A DNA stretch of 64,000 nt from Acidobacteriota bacterium (GCA_019244185.1 JAFATB010000014.1:480001-544000); one strand, 5' to 3'; counted from the first letter of the stretch, positions 49,563-60,597 are shown. Made by a program: numbers and translations. The notes: a model not told the origin generated them from the letters alone.

Positions 49563-50480
49563 CTATTCGCTTCGCTCGCGAACCGACAACCAGCTTCCGA
49601 ACCAGCCCGCGACCATGCCGCCGGCGACGAGCGCGGCGACCTTCTGCCACGGCAGGAACGTCGTGAACAGAAAGCCCCACAGGATCGAGCTCGATGGCGC
49701 GAGCGCGTGCTGCGCGCCGCGGAAGAGCGCGTAGAGCAGCGCGACCGCCACGAGGCCGCCGAGTGTGCCTTGCAGGAAGCCTTCGATCAGGAACGGCCCG
49801 CGGATGATGCGCTCGGTGGCGCCGACGAGGCGCATGATCTCGATCTCTTCGCGGTACAGCATCATCGTCAGGCGGATGACGTTCGCGATCGTGAACGCCG
49901 CGGCGATGGCGAGCACGCCGCCGGCGACGAGGCCGATGCCGTTGATCACGCTCACGAGCCGGCGCAGGCGCGTGATCCATTCCCAGTCGTACTGCACCTG
50001 ATCGACGCCGGGCGTCGCGCGCAGCGCGTCCATGCGCTGGTGAAACACGCGCGACTGCGCGAGGTGCGGCGCGACGTCCGCCTCGTACGACGCGGGGAAC
50101 GGATTGTCGTCGAGCTGGCCGACGACGTCGGAGAGGTTCGCAAAGTACGTCTTGAAGCGCGCGAGCGCTTCCTCGCGCGTCACGAAGCGGCGATGCGTGA
50201 GATCGGGGATCGCCGCGAGCGTGGTGTCGACGGCGTGGATCTGTTCCGGCGTCGCGTCGACTTCGAGATAGACGATGACGCGCGACTTCCCCTGCCATTC
50301 TTCCGCGGCGCGGTTGAGGTTTTCCGCGATGAGGAGGAACACGCCGACGATCAACAGCGAGATCGCGATCATGGCCACGGCGACGAAGCTCGTGCGCTTC
50401 GACACGTAGATCCGCCGCACCGCCTCGCGGAAAAAGTACGAAAACGTGTTCGACGGAGTTTCGGGCTCGCGCGTCGACAT
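49563..50480 (-). CDS. ftsX: Cell division ABC permease FtsX
   Basis: EEALARF, NPFPAS, IANVIRL...REEIEIMRLVGAT...IRGPFLIEG. Confidence 0.92.
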   Translation of the reverse strand: MSTREPETPSNTFSYFFREAVRRIYVSKRTSFVAVAMIAISLLIVGVFLLIAENLNRAAEEWQGKSRVIVYLEVDATPEQIHAVDTTLAAIPDLTHRRFVTREEALARFKTYFANLSDVVGQLDDNPFPASYEADVAPHLAQSRVFHQRMDALRATPGVDQVQYDWEWITRLRRLVSVINGIGLVAGGVLAIAAAFTIANVIRLTMMLYREEIEIMRLVGATERIIRGPFLIEGFLQGTLGGLVAVALLYALFRGAQHALAPSSSILWGFLFTTFLPWQKVAALVAGGMVAGWFGSWLSVRERSE

Positions 50481-50486
50481 GAGGCG

Positions 50487-51200
50487 TTAGCCGCCGAGGC
50501 CGAAGACGCCTTCGCGCGCGGGCCGCGGCTCGACGACGCGCGCTTTCTCTTCGGCGAGGCGTCCGTGCTCGAGGAGGATCGTGCGGCGCCCGCTGCTGCG
50601 GATGAGATCGCGGTCGTGCGTGGCGAGGAGCACCGTCGAGCCGCGCAGGTTCGCCTCCGCGAAGATCTGCACGATTTCGTGCGAGAGGTCGGGATCGAGG
50701 TTGCCGGTCGGCTCGTCCGCGACGAGCACGAGCGGGTCGTTGATGAGCGCGCGCGCGATGGCCACGCGCTGCTGTTCGCCGCCGGAGAGCTGCAGCGGAT
50801 ACGCGTTCAGCTTGTGGTGCAGGTTCACCATCCGCAGCGCCTGGTACGCCTTCTTCTTGTGCTCCTTCGGCGGCACGTTGAGCACCGTGAGGATGAACGA
50901 GAGGTTCTCGAACACGGTCATGCGCTCGATGAGCTTGAAGTCCTGGAAGACCATCCCGATCTCGCGGCGGAACCACGGCAGCTGCGACTTCTTCATCGCG
51001 TTGAGGTTCCGGCCGTTGACGACGACCTGCCCTTCGGTCGGCGCCATCTGCCGCAGGATCAATTTCAGCAGCGTCGACTTGCCGGCGCCGCTCGGTCCGG
51101 TGAGGAACACGAACTCGCCTTTGTCGATGTGGAACGTGACGTCGTACAGCGCGGTCGAGTAGCGGTCGAAGCGCTTCGTCACGTGGTAGAAATGGATCAT
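50487..51200 (-). CDS. ftsE: Cell division ATP-binding protein FtsE
   Basis: GPSGAGKST, GMVFQDFKLI, LSGGEQQR, ADEPTGNLDP, ATHD. Confidence 0.95.
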   Translation of the reverse strand: MIHFYHVTKRFDRYSTALYDVTFHIDKGEFVFLTGPSGAGKSTLLKLILRQMAPTEGQVVVNGRNLNAMKKSQLPWFRREIGMVFQDFKLIERMTVFENLSFILTVLNVPPKEHKKKAYQALRMVNLHHKLNAYPLQLSGGEQQRVAIARALINDPLVLVADEPTGNLDPDLSHEIVQIFAEANLRGSTVLLATHDRDLIRSSGRRTILLEHGRLAEEKARVVEPRPAREGVFGLGG

Positions 51201-51214
51201 CGGTTTCCGATGAC

Positions 51215-51592
51215 ATGATACGCGACGTGCTCGCGCGCTTTCTCTACGTCTCGCTCGGCGGCGCCCTCGGCAGCGCGGGCCGCTACGCGACCGCGCTCGC
51301 GGCCGTGGCGTGGCTCGGTCCCGGCTTTCCGTACGGCACGATGATCGTGAATCTCATCGGTTCTTTTTGTATCGGCGCGGTGATGGAGCTCGTGCCGATG
51401 TCCGACCTGCGTCTCTTCCTCGTCACCGGCGTCCTCGGCGGCTTCACGACGTACTCGAGCTTCAACGAGGAGACGCTGCGCATGCTGCGCGACGGCGCGT
51501 TCGGCGGCGCGGCCATCAACGTCGCCGCGACGGTGGCCGGCTGCATGGCAGCCGGCACCGCCGGATTTCTGATCGCGCGAATGTTTCGCTAG
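51215..51592 (+). CDS. crcB: Fluoride channel Fluc/CrcB
   Basis: GGALGSAGRY, FPYGTMIVNLIGSF, GVLGGFTTYSSF. Confidence 0.92.
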   Translation: MIRDVLARFLYVSLGGALGSAGRYATALAAVAWLGPGFPYGTMIVNLIGSFCIGAVMELVPMSDLRLFLVTGVLGGFTTYSSFNEETLRMLRDGAFGGAAINVAATVAGCMAAGTAGFLIARMFR

Positions 51593-52779
51593 CGCTCGCG
51601 CAGCGCGTTTGCGACGGGCATCCGCGCCGCGCGGATCGCGGGGAAGAAACCGCCCACGAGTCCGATGAACAGCGCGTACACGATCGCCCACGTCATGAGG
51701 CGTGCGTTGACGTCGAACGCGAACGTGACCTGGCTGAACGTCTGCCAGTTCATCGTCGCCGCGCGGTAGCCGTCGAATGCGACATACGCGAGGCCGGCGC
51801 CGAGGACGCCGCCGGCGACGGCGAGCAGCAGCGCTTCCACGATGACGGACATCATCACCGCGAAGCCGCCGAAGCCGAGCGCCTCGAGCGTCGCGATCTC
51901 ACGCGCGCGCGCCGCGACGGCGGTGTACATCGTGTTGAGCGCGCCGAAGATCGCGCCGACGCCCATGAGGCTGCAGACGATGAACGCCAGTCCGGTGACG
52001 AGCCCGCGCAGCGTGCGCGACTGCGACTCGTAGTACTCGGTCTCGGTCTGCACCTTCACGCTGAGCTTCGGATCGGACGTGAGCGCGTCCTTGAACTGCT
52101 GGAAGCTGGCGGGCGAGGCGAGCTTCGCGATGACGATCGAGTTCGACGCGTGGCGCTGATACGCCGGTCCGAGGACCGCGGCATCGGACCAGAGCTCGGA
52201 CTCGGAGATCGAGCCCTTCGCGTCGAAGATGCCGACGACTTTCCAGACGTTCGTGCCGAAGTGCAGCTCGGAGCCGACGTCGGTGCCGGCGAACTCGCTG
52301 TGCGCGCCGCGACCGACGATCACTTCGTTCTTGCCCCACTCGAACGTGCGGCCTTCGATGATCTTGACCTCGGGGCGGATGGCGAACGCTCCCTGCGAGA
52401 TGCCGCGCAGCGGCACGTTCGCGTCGGTGTGCGACGAGCGTTTCGGCAGGTCGACGACGACATAGAGCTCGGGTGAGAGGAGCGGCTTGCCCTGCGCGTC
52501 TTTTGCGACGCCGGGCGCGTTGCGAATCAGTTCGACGTCGTCGCGGAGCAGCACGGACGTCATCTCGTTGTCGGCGCCGGCGCGGAGCACCATGGCCGTG
52601 TCGGGTTTTCCGGCGACGACCATCACGCGGCGGAAGCCTTCGCCGATCGAGAGGACGCCGACGAGCACGGCCACGACGCCGGCGATGCCGAAGACGGCGG
52701 CGCCCGCGGAGCCGAGGCGGCCGCGAAGCGTGCGAACGTTGAATGCGATGAGCGCGGCGAGTTGACGGAACGGTTTCAT
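51589..52779 (-). CDS. MacB/FtsX-like ABC transporter permease
   Basis: GIAGVVAV, NTMYTAVAARAREIATL.ALGF, FPAIRAAR. Confidence 0.9.
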   Translation of the reverse strand: MKPFRQLAALIAFNVRTLRGRLGSAGAAVFGIAGVVAVLVGVLSIGEGFRRVMVVAGKPDTAMVLRAGADNEMTSVLLRDDVELIRNAPGVAKDAQGKPLLSPELYVVVDLPKRSSHTDANVPLRGISQGAFAIRPEVKIIEGRTFEWGKNEVIVGRGAHSEFAGTDVGSELHFGTNVWKVVGIFDAKGSISESELWSDAAVLGPAYQRHASNSIVIAKLASPASFQQFKDALTSDPKLSVKVQTETEYYESQSRTLRGLVTGLAFIVCSLMGVGAIFGALNTMYTAVAARAREIATLEALGFGGFAVMMSVIVEALLLAVAGGVLGAGLAYVAFDGYRAATMNWQTFSQVTFAFDVNARLMTWAIVYALFIGLVGGFFPAIRAARMPVANALRER

Positions 52780-53933
52780 TACTCTCTCCGAAGTGCGTCG
52801 ACGGCGTTGAGCCGCATCGCCTGCAGCGCGGGCAGCGCGCCCGCGACGAGGCCGAGGGCGAGCGCGATCACGAGACCGAGCGTGCGCGCCTCGGGCGGGA
52901 AGAAGAAGATCGGCAGCGCGCCGTGGGTCGGATCGCCCTGCGCGACCGACATCCAGCCGAGACCGAGGCCGGCCAGGCCGCCGACGATGGCGATGAGCAG
53001 CGATTCCGCGAGGACGAACGAGAGCACCTGCGCGTCGGTGAAGCCGATCGCTTTCATCACGCCGAGCTCGTTGATGCGCTCGCGCACCGCCTGCGCCATC
53101 GTGTTGCCGGCCACGAGCAGGATCGTGAAGAAGACGGCGGACAGGATCGCCTGCACGATCGCGCCGATGTTGCCCATCTGCTCGGCGAAGCCTTTGACGA
53201 ACGCCTTCTCCGTCTCCGTCTTCGTCTCCTGCGGCGAGTTCGCGAACGTCGCGTCGACCTTGCGCGCGACGTCTTCCGCGTACTTGGGATCCTTCACCCG
53301 AATGCCGTACCAGCCGGTCATGCCTTTGCCGAACATCCGGTTCTCGTCCATGTAGTCGTGGCGGAAGTAGAACGCGGTGGTGTCGGTCTCGGGATTCGCG
53401 CCGTCGTAGATGCCGACGAGATCGAACGTCCACGCGTTGCCGCCGGTCTTCGGTCGCAGGTACGTGGCCGTGAGGACGATCTTGTCGCCGACTTTCCAGT
53501 GGTACTTCTCGGCGGTCTTGCGTCCGGCGATGGCGCCCGTGCGCGTCTTGAACCACGCCTCGCGCTGCGCCGGCGGCAGGATGAACTCGGGGTACATCTG
53601 GAGGAACTCGGGCGGATTGACGGCGATCTGCGCCCACGCGGTCGGCTTGTCCTGATAGAGGCCGCCGAACCACGCGTTCTCGGTCGCGTCGACGACGCCG
53701 TCGATCTGCTCGATGCGGCGCTCGTAGCTCTGCGGCAGCGGCTGGATGAGCGACACGCGGTGGCGCACGACGAGGCGGTTCGCGCCGGCGACGCTCACGC
53801 CCATCTGGAACGCGCGGCGGATCGCCGAGAGATACGCGAACAGCACGAACGCGATGAGGATCGAGCCGATCGTCAGCAGCGTGCGCAGCTTGTGGCGCTT
53901 GAAGTTCGAAAGGATCAGCAGCGCGTATTTCAT
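52779..53933 (-). CDS. MacB/FtsX-like ABC transporter permease
   Basis: RTLLT, NTMAQAVRERINELGVMKAIGF, PALQAMRL. Confidence 0.9.
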   Translation of the reverse strand: MKYALLILSNFKRHKLRTLLTIGSILIAFVLFAYLSAIRRAFQMGVSVAGANRLVVRHRVSLIQPLPQSYERRIEQIDGVVDATENAWFGGLYQDKPTAWAQIAVNPPEFLQMYPEFILPPAQREAWFKTRTGAIAGRKTAEKYHWKVGDKIVLTATYLRPKTGGNAWTFDLVGIYDGANPETDTTAFYFRHDYMDENRMFGKGMTGWYGIRVKDPKYAEDVARKVDATFANSPQETKTETEKAFVKGFAEQMGNIGAIVQAILSAVFFTILLVAGNTMAQAVRERINELGVMKAIGFTDAQVLSFVLAESLLIAIVGGLAGLGLGWMSVAQGDPTHGALPIFFFPPEARTLGLVIALALGLVAGALPALQAMRLNAVDALRRE

Positions 53934-54619
53934 GCGGCCATCTCGCTGGAGAGCTGTCCGTCGACCATGTGCAGGCGGCGCGACGCGCGGTCGGCGGCGT
54001 GCGGGTCGTGCGTCACCATGACGATCGTCTTCCCGTGCTCGCGGTTGAGACCCTGCAGCAGGTCGAGGATGCCGTCGCCGGTCTTGCGATCGAGGTCACC
54101 GGTCGGCTCGTCGGCGAGGATGAGCGTGGGGTCGGTGACGATCGCGCGGGCGATGCCGACGCGCTGCTGCTCGCCGCCCGAGAGCGTGCGCGGCGTGTGC
54201 TTGGCGCGATGCGAGAGGCCGACGATCTCGAGCGCCGTGGCGACGTGGCGCTTCCGTTCGGCGGACGAGAGATTCGTCAGCAGCAGCGGCAACTCCACGT
54301 TGCGCGCGGCCGTCAAGACCGGCAACAGGTTGTAGAACTGGAAGACGAAGCCGACGTGGCGCGAGCGCCAGTGCGCGAGCTCGCGGCGCGAGAGCGTGTC
54401 GATGCGCTGGCCGTCGATCTGGATCGAGCCGGCGCTGGGGCGGTCGAGGCCCGCGAGGAGATTGAGCAGCGTCGACTTGCCCGATCCCGACGGACCCATG
54501 AGCGCGAGGAACTCGCCCGACGCGATGGTCAGGCTGAGGTTGTTCAGCACGCGCACTTCCTCGCTGCCGCGATGGAAGACTTTCTCGACGTTGGACAGGC
54601 TGACCAGGGTGTTGGGCAT
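53930..54619 (-). CDS. ABC transporter ATP-binding protein (LolD/MacB-like)
   Basis: GPSGSGKST, GFVFQFYNL, LSGGEQQR, ADEPTGDLD, VTHD. Confidence 0.95.
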   Translation of the reverse strand: MPNTLVSLSNVEKVFHRGSEEVRVLNNLSLTIASGEFLALMGPSGSGKSTLLNLLAGLDRPSAGSIQIDGQRIDTLSRRELAHWRSRHVGFVFQFYNLLPVLTAARNVELPLLLTNLSSAERKRHVATALEIVGLSHRAKHTPRTLSGGEQQRVGIARAIVTDPTLILADEPTGDLDRKTGDGILDLLQGLNREHGKTIVMVTHDPHAADRASRRLHMVDGQLSSEMAA

Positions 54620-54642
54620 TGGGTTGTTCTCCTGCGTTGATT

Positions 54643-54755
54643 GTTGACGGCGTCGCCGAGGCCTCGACGACGGGGCGCCTATGGTTTTTACTGCGACGAG
54701 GGCTCGCCTATGGTTTGACGGCTTCGCCTAGGGTTTGACGTTGACGGCGTCGCCG
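54643..54755. repeat. Short direct repeats echoing the 3' end of the adaptor gene
   Basis: CGCCTA(T/G)GGTTT at 54676, 54705, 54725; GTTGACGGCGTCGCCG at 54643 and 54740. Confidence 0.75.
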
Positions 54756-55936
54756 TCTTGCAGATCGGGTCCTTCGCTCACGACGCTCTCCCCCTGGGAG
54801 ACGCCCGACGCGAGCCGGGCGAAGTCGCCTTCCGATTCGGCGACCTTGACGGCGCGTCGTTCCGCCTTGCCGTCCTTGACGACGAAGACGACATCCTGAT
54901 CGCCGTCTTTGCGGACGGCGGTCTTCGGCACTTCCACGAGCGGCGCGGCGGCGGGCGCGCTGTCGTCGGTGATGAAACCGACTTTCACGCCCATGTCCGG
55001 CAGCACGCGCTGGTCGCGCGCGTCGAAGGCGATGCGCACCTTCACCGTCGCCTTCTGGCGGTCGGCGGTCGGCACCGCGGTGATGACGTGCGCGGGGATC
55101 TTCCAGTCGGGATACGCGTCGAGGATCGCCTCGACTTTCTGGTTCGGATGCACGCGGTTGATGTAGGCCTCGTTGACGTCGACCTCGATCTCGAGCGAGG
55201 CCATGTCGACGATCGTGCAGATGCCGGTGCGCGTGAAGCCGCCGCCGGCTGACATCGGCGAGATCATCTCGCCCGGCTGCGCGTCCTTCGAGACGACGAT
55301 GCCGTCGAACGGCGCGCGCACGATGGTGTCGTCGACGTTCTGCCGCTGCAGCTCGACCTGCCGTTGCGCGCTCGCGTACTGATCGCTCTGCGCGGCGAGG
55401 CGCGCCTTGGCGGCATCGAGCTCGGCGAGCGCGCGGTCGGCGTCCGCTTTCGACGAGATCGCGCTCGCGGCGAGCCGCGACGCGCGGTCGTAGTCGAGCT
55501 GCGCCTGGCGGATGCGCACGCGCGTCTCCTGGAGCGCGCTCGACGCGGACGTCGCTTCCGCTTCCGCGAGCCGCAGCCCTTTCTGCGTGAGCGAGTCGTC
55601 GAGGCGCGCCAGCTCCTGGCCCGCCGTCACGTGCATGCCTTCTTCGATGAACAGCTGATCGATCTTGCCGGTCACTTTCGCCGACACCGTGGCCTGCCGG
55701 CGCGCGGTGACGTAGCCGCTCGCATTGAGCACCGCGCCGCCGTTCGTCGACGCCGCGGCGATCGCGCGCGCCTGCGCGACCTTGACTTCTTTCTTCGAGC
55801 CGCGCGTCAGCGCCCACGCCGCGATCGCGACGACGAGCACGATCGGGATGACGATCCACCAAGGCTTGCGCCGCGGCGCGGCGACGGTTTCCGTGCGGGC
55901 GATGCGAAGGCCATCGAGTGCTGTTTTATCGACCAT
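54728..55936 (-). CDS. Efflux periplasmic adaptor (MFP/HlyD, MacA-like)
   Basis: N-terminal TM, ASGYVTARRQATVSAKVTGKI, IVRAPFDG, EVDVNE, PDMGVKV. Confidence 0.92.
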   Translation of the reverse strand: MVDKTALDGLRIARTETVAAPRRKPWWIVIPIVLVVAIAAWALTRGSKKEVKVAQARAIAAASTNGGAVLNASGYVTARRQATVSAKVTGKIDQLFIEEGMHVTAGQELARLDDSLTQKGLRLAEAEATSASSALQETRVRIRQAQLDYDRASRLAASAISSKADADRALAELDAAKARLAAQSDQYASAQRQVELQRQNVDDTIVRAPFDGIVVSKDAQPGEMISPMSAGGGFTRTGICTIVDMASLEIEVDVNEAYINRVHPNQKVEAILDAYPDWKIPAHVITAVPTADRQKATVKVRIAFDARDQRVLPDMGVKVGFITDDSAPAAAPLVEVPKTAVRKDGDQDVVFVVKDGKAERRAVKVAESEGDFARLASGVSQGESVVSEGPDLQDGDAVNVKP

Positions 55937-55947
55937 TGGACGGCGTC

Positions 55948-55991
55948 ATTATGGCGATCGGCCCCTCCTTTGTCAGTTGACGTTTGTCAAC
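55948..55991 (-). promoter_or_regulatory. Promoter of the efflux operon with repeated TGACAAA boxes
   Basis: Minus strand CTGACA-17 nt-CATAAT; TGACAAA twice (55969, 55983); GTTGAC-N4-GTCAAC dyad. Confidence 0.6.
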
Positions 55992-56085
55992 CCGTTCACC
56001 TGCCGTTCATCACCGTAACGTCGTTTTACATCGTGTGACGCGGGAGGGGCAGACTGCCCGCGCCCGCGGCGCGCATCGTCGCGTC

Positions 56086-58152
56086 ATGCGACGCACGCTG
56101 CTTTTTCTACTGCTCGTAGGGACAACGAATCTCCACGCCGAGCCCGCGCACATCGACCTCGCCAAACGCTCCGGCGGCGCCATCACGATCGACGGCGATC
56201 TCGCCGACGCAGGCTGGGCGCACGCGACGCGCATTGACTCGTTCGTCGAGTACTTTCGCGGCGACAACACCGCGCCGCCGGTGAAGACGTCGGGATTGCT
56301 GACGTACGACGATCAGGCGGTGTACGTCGCGTTCCGCGCCGACGATCCGCGTCCGCGCGAGATCCGCGCGCCGCTCGTCGACCGCGATCAGGTGCGCGAG
56401 GATCAGGACTACGTCGCGGTGATGATCGACACGGCCAACGACCGCCGCGCTGCCGTGCAGTTCCGCGTGAACCCGCGCGGCGTGCAGACCGACAGCGTCT
56501 ACAACGACACGAGCGGCGACGAGGACTTCTCGCCCGACTTCGTCTATCAGGCCGTGGCGCGGCGCACGCCGGAAGGGTGGGCGGCGGAGCTGCGCATCCC
56601 GCTCTCGTCGCTGCGTTACCCGTCGACCGATCCGCAGACGTGGGGCGTGCTGCTCATCCGCAATTACCCGCGCGACTTCCGCTACGTCATGGCCAACACG
56701 CCGATCCCGCGCAACTCGAACTGCTTCGTCTGTCACTCCGCGGTCGCCAGCGGCATCGCCGGACTGCCCACCGGCAGCCATTTCACGCTGACGCCGTATT
56801 CGACGATGCGCGAGCAGGGCTTCGATCTGAAGTGGAATCCCTCCGCGCGCCTCACGTTCGACGCGACGCTCAATCCCGATTTCTCGCAGATCGAAGCGGA
56901 TGTGCCGCAGCTCGCCACCGACAGCAGCTTCGCGATCTCGTATCCGGAAAAGCGCGCGTTCTTCCTCGAGAGCGTCGATCTGCTCGCGACGCCGCTCACC
57001 GCCGTCTACACGCGCGCCATCACCGCACCGGCGTGGGGCATGCGCGCCACGGGACAGAGCGGCACGAACGCGTACACGCTACTCCTCGCCGAAGACCGCG
57101 GGGGCGGCTCGACGATTCTGCCCGGCCCGTACGGCTCGAGCGAGATCCCGCAGGAACAATCCGAAGTGCTCGTCGGACGGCTGCGGCACACGCTGGGAAC
57201 GTCGTTCGTCGGACTTCTCGCGACCGCGCGCGAGAACGAGTCGGGCACGTACAACCGCGTCCTCGGCCCCGACTTTCTCTGGAAGCCGTCGAAGCGCGAC
57301 CGCGTCGCGGGCCAGCTCCTGCTCAGCGACACCGACGGCGCGCGCGGCAACGCGGCCCGCGTCTACTACACGCACGACGCGCCGCGCTGGGACGCGTACG
57401 CCGGCGCGCGGCAGTACTCGCCGGAGTTCCGCGCGGATGACGGCTTCCTGCCGCAGGTCGGCATCCGCCAGACGTACGTCGAAGTCGCCGGGCACCTCTA
57501 TCCGAAGAAAGGCATCACGTTCCTGCGCACGTACTTGGGTGTCGACTACGCGCACGAGTACGACGGCGCGGCGCGCGTGCACACGCAGTTCTTTCCCGGC
57601 TTCTTCTTTCAGGGCAAGTGGGGGAGCGAAGGCTGGGTGACGCTGCGCGCGCACAACCAGGAGCGCGTGAACGGACGCATGCTGACGACGCAGTTCGTCG
57701 AGTTCTCGCTGCGCGCCGCGCCCGCGCGCTGGCTGCCGGCGCTCCGCTTCGAAGGCGCGGCCGGCGAGAAGATCGACTACGCGGAAGGGCGCACCGGCAC
57801 CGGCGCGAATCTGTCGCTGAGCGGCACCGTGCGTCCGACCGATCATTTGCAACTGCAGGCGACCGCCTCGCGCGAATGGCTCGACCTCGATGCCGGACGG
57901 CTCTTCGACGCGCAGTCCGCGTTCGTGCAGGCGACGTACACGTTTTCCGCGCGGTCGCTCATGCGCGTGGTCGCGCAACAGGGGACTACGACGCGCAACG
58001 CGGCGCTGTATGCGGGCGACGTCGTCGAGCACGAGCGGAAGCGCGTCGTGTCGGCGCTGTACGGCTACAAGCTGACGTTCCAGACGGTGTTCTTCGTCGG
58101 CGTCAACGACGATTCGGTCTTCGCGAAAGTCGCCTACGCGTTCAACCGCTGA
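56086..58152 (+). CDS. CBM9-like plus DUF5916 outer-membrane protein
   Basis: [58 protein letters not shown]; ends with aromatic AYAF. Confidence 0.85.
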   Translation: MRRTLLFLLLVGTTNLHAEPAHIDLAKRSGGAITIDGDLADAGWAHATRIDSFVEYFRGDNTAPPVKTSGLLTYDDQAVYVAFRADDPRPREIRAPLVDRDQVREDQDYVAVMIDTANDRRAAVQFRVNPRGVQTDSVYNDTSGDEDFSPDFVYQAVARRTPEGWAAELRIPLSSLRYPSTDPQTWGVLLIRNYPRDFRYVMANTPIPRNSNCFVCHSAVASGIAGLPTGSHFTLTPYSTMREQGFDLKWNPSARLTFDATLNPDFSQIEADVPQLATDSSFAISYPEKRAFFLESVDLLATPLTAVYTRAITAPAWGMRATGQSGTNAYTLLLAEDRGGGSTILPGPYGSSEIPQEQSEVLVGRLRHTLGTSFVGLLATARENESGTYNRVLGPDFLWKPSKRDRVAGQLLLSDTDGARGNAARVYYTHDAPRWDAYAGARQYSPEFRADDGFLPQVGIRQTYVEVAGHLYPKKGITFLRTYLGVDYAHEYDGAARVHTQFFPGFFFQGKWGSEGWVTLRAHNQERVNGRMLTTQFVEFSLRAAPARWLPALRFEGAAGEKIDYAEGRTGTGANLSLSGTVRPTDHLQLQATASREWLDLDAGRLFDAQSAFVQATYTFSARSLMRVVAQQGTTTRNAALYAGDVVEHERKRVVSALYGYKLTFQTVFFVGVNDDSVFAKVAYAFNR

Positions 58153-58178
58153 CAGGGACGACACAAGTTGTGACAAGT
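58152..58178 (+). promoter_or_regulatory. Candidate OmpR/PhoB-type direct-repeat site upstream of the two-component system
   Basis: ACAAGT at 58163 and 58173 (10-bp phasing), weaker ACAGGG at 58152. Confidence 0.5.
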
Positions 58179-58214
58179 GCCGTCCGGAGGTCGTGCGACG
58201 ATACCGCCGACCCG

Positions 58215-59795
58215 ATGCGTCATCTCTTCCGCCGTTCGATTTTCTGGCTGCTGCCGGTCGTCATCGTGCCGCTCATCGCGCTCGTGGTGATGCAGTACCG
58301 CTTCCTGCGATCGCTGGAACAGAAGACGATGATGGCGGAGCGGAACTCGATGCGTACGTCGCTCGAGCTGGCGACGTCCGAGATCGAGACGCGCATGCGC
58401 CACGACGCGCGCATGGCCCTCTCGCTCACCGAGCTCCAGCTCCGCGACGTCATGCACCTCGGCGCGCACTTTCGCGCGCATCCCGTTCCCGGCGCGCACA
58501 CGTTCTTCGCCATGCGCTTCAAGGGTCCGGTCTACGAGACCGGCTACTTCGACGCGAATGCCGTCGAGCGCCTGCCGCACGACGACGAGATCGAAGCGGT
58601 GAAGATGGCCACGGTTTCGTGGCACGTCGCGCACAAGCTCGGGCGCGTCGCGCAGCCGTCGCTCAGCGTCGACGAGCGCGATCCGCGGCACGCGATCATC
58701 CTGCGGCCGGTGGTCGATGCGTCGTGGCGCGTGGTCGGCGTCGCGGGCGTCGTGCTCGATCCGGAGCGCACGCGCTGGGCGATGACGGAGATCGGCGCAC
58801 GCGCGCTGAAACGGCACATGCCGTCCGATCCGATGGCGCTGCGCATCGGCGAGCAGTTCCCGAAGATGCCCGGCGGCAGTCCGTTCATCACGCAGCCGCT
58901 CGGCTTCGTCTTCACGAACTGGCGCGCGGGCGTGCGCGACCTCTGCGCGAGTCCCGAGGAGATCGCGGCGTACAACTTCCGCAACAACGTGCTGTGGACG
59001 GGCGGCGCGTTCATCGTCCTCCTCGGCGCGATCGGACTCGCGCTGGCCGCGGTCGCGCGGCAGATGCGCCTCTCGCAGATGAAGAGCGACTTCGTCTCGA
59101 ACGTCTCGCACGAGCTGCGCACGCCGCTCTCCTCGATCCGCGTGTTCGGCGAGTACATGCGCCTCGGCCGCGTCGAAAAGCCGGAGAAGGTGCGCGAGTA
59201 CGGCGAGTACATCGAGGCCGAGAGCCGGCGGCTCACGCAGCTCATCAACAACATCCTCGACTTCTCCAAGATCGAGTCGGCGGAGAAGAAGTACCGCTTC
59301 TGCGCGACCGACATCGTGGCGCTGGTCGAGCAGACCGTCGACGCGTTCGCGATGCCGCTGCGCGAAGCCGGCGTGGCCATCGCGTTCCGCGCGCCGGCCG
59401 CGCGTCCGGTGCTGCCGCTCGACAAGGACGCGCTCGGTCAGGTGCTCGTCAACCTGCTCGACAATGCGGTCAAGTACTCCGGCGACCGCAAGGAGATCGA
59501 CGTCGCCGTCGACGTCGGACGCGAGGTGCGCGTGGCCATCCGCGACCGCGGCATCGGCATCGCGCCGTCCGAGCAGAAGAAGATCTTCGAGAAGTTCTAT
59601 CGCGTCGGCAGCGGTCTCGTGCACGACGTGAAAGGCAGCGGCCTCGGGCTCTCGATCGTGCAGCACGTCGTGCGCGCGCACGGCGGACGCGTCGAGGTCG
59701 CGAGCGCGCCGGGCGAGGGGAGCACGTTCACGATTGTGCTGCCGTTCGCCGCGAAACAGGAAGTGCCGATCCCAACGACGACGGAGTTCGCATGA
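58215..59795 (+). CDS. Membrane sensor histidine kinase
   Basis: Two TMs; [34 protein letters not shown]. Confidence 0.95.
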   Translation: MRHLFRRSIFWLLPVVIVPLIALVVMQYRFLRSLEQKTMMAERNSMRTSLELATSEIETRMRHDARMALSLTELQLRDVMHLGAHFRAHPVPGAHTFFAMRFKGPVYETGYFDANAVERLPHDDEIEAVKMATVSWHVAHKLGRVAQPSLSVDERDPRHAIILRPVVDASWRVVGVAGVVLDPERTRWAMTEIGARALKRHMPSDPMALRIGEQFPKMPGGSPFITQPLGFVFTNWRAGVRDLCASPEEIAAYNFRNNVLWTGGAFIVLLGAIGLALAAVARQMRLSQMKSDFVSNVSHELRTPLSSIRVFGEYMRLGRVEKPEKVREYGEYIEAESRRLTQLINNILDFSKIESAEKKYRFCATDIVALVEQTVDAFAMPLREAGVAIAFRAPAARPVLPLDKDALGQVLVNLLDNAVKYSGDRKEIDVAVDVGREVRVAIRDRGIGIAPSEQKKIFEKFYRVGSGLVHDVKGSGLGLSIVQHVVRAHGGRVEVASAPGEGSTFTIVLPFAAKQEVPIPTTTEFA

Positions 59796-60469
59796 GCAAA
59801 ATCCTGATTGTGGAAGACGATCCCGCGATGTCGGTCGCGCTGCGCGACGGCTTCGAGTTCGAAGGCTTTCAGGTGGAGATGGCGGCCGACGGCGAAGCCG
59901 GCCTGCACCTCGCCATGCGCGGCGGCCACGACCTCATCGTGCTCGACGTCATGCTGCCGAAGAAGAGCGGCCTCGATGTCTGCAAGGAGCTGCGGCGGAT
60001 GAACGCGCATACGCCGGTGATCATGCTCACCGCGCGCGGCCAGGAGATCGACAAGATCGTCGGCCTCAAGCTCGGCGCCGACGACTACGTCACGAAGCCG
60101 TTCAGCTTCATGGAGCTGCTCGCGCGTGTCGAGGCCGTGCTGCGCCGCACCTCGCGCGTGGCGGCGGGCGACGAGGTCGAATTCGGCGACGTCCGCGTCG
60201 ACTTCCGCACCTACCAGGCGACGAAAGGCGAGCTGCCGCTCGAGCTCACGCCGCGGGAGTTCCGCATCCTCCGCTACTTCATCGATCACACCGACGAAGT
60301 GGTGTCGCGCGACGCGCTGCTCAACCACGTCTGGGGCTACGACAGCGCGGCGTTCACGCGCACGGTCGACACGCACATGGCGCGGCTGCGGCAGAAGATC
60401 GAGAGCACGCCGTCCGAGCCGCGGCACCTCATCACCGTGCACCGCGTCGGCTACAAGTTCGTGCCCTGA
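59792..60469 (+). CDS. OmpR-family response regulator
   Basis: [45 protein letters not shown]. Confidence 0.96.
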   Translation: MSKILIVEDDPAMSVALRDGFEFEGFQVEMAADGEAGLHLAMRGGHDLIVLDVMLPKKSGLDVCKELRRMNAHTPVIMLTARGQEIDKIVGLKLGADDYVTKPFSFMELLARVEAVLRRTSRVAAGDEVEFGDVRVDFRTYQATKGELPLELTPREFRILRYFIDHTDEVVSRDALLNHVWGYDSAAFTRTVDTHMARLRQKIESTPSEPRHLITVHRVGYKFVP

Positions 60470-60597
60470 CGCGACGCCGCGCCGAACCGCGCGGATTCGT
60501 GCCGCGGAGCGAAGGGATGCGAGACGTTGGTTCGGACGTCGAGCAGTTCGTGTCGCGAACGTTGCTGCGACTCCGCGGCGATCGCACAATCCAGCCC

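Noticed and set aside
51100-51215. Fluoride riboswitch upstream of crcB
   Set aside because: Only 14 bp of intergenic space, and no recognisable GGCGATGG...TGATG consensus
47721-51218. 1165-aa plus-strand ORF and similar long ORFs (2318-4576, 10091-12421, 15724-17964, 33400-35700, most of 18655-21918)
   Set aside because: These are antisense shadows of real genes, typical of high-GC DNA, with Arg/Ala/Val-rich and motif-less translations
54643-54755. Mini CRISPR array
   Set aside because: Repeats are 12-17 bp with irregular, very short spacers, and there are no cas genes
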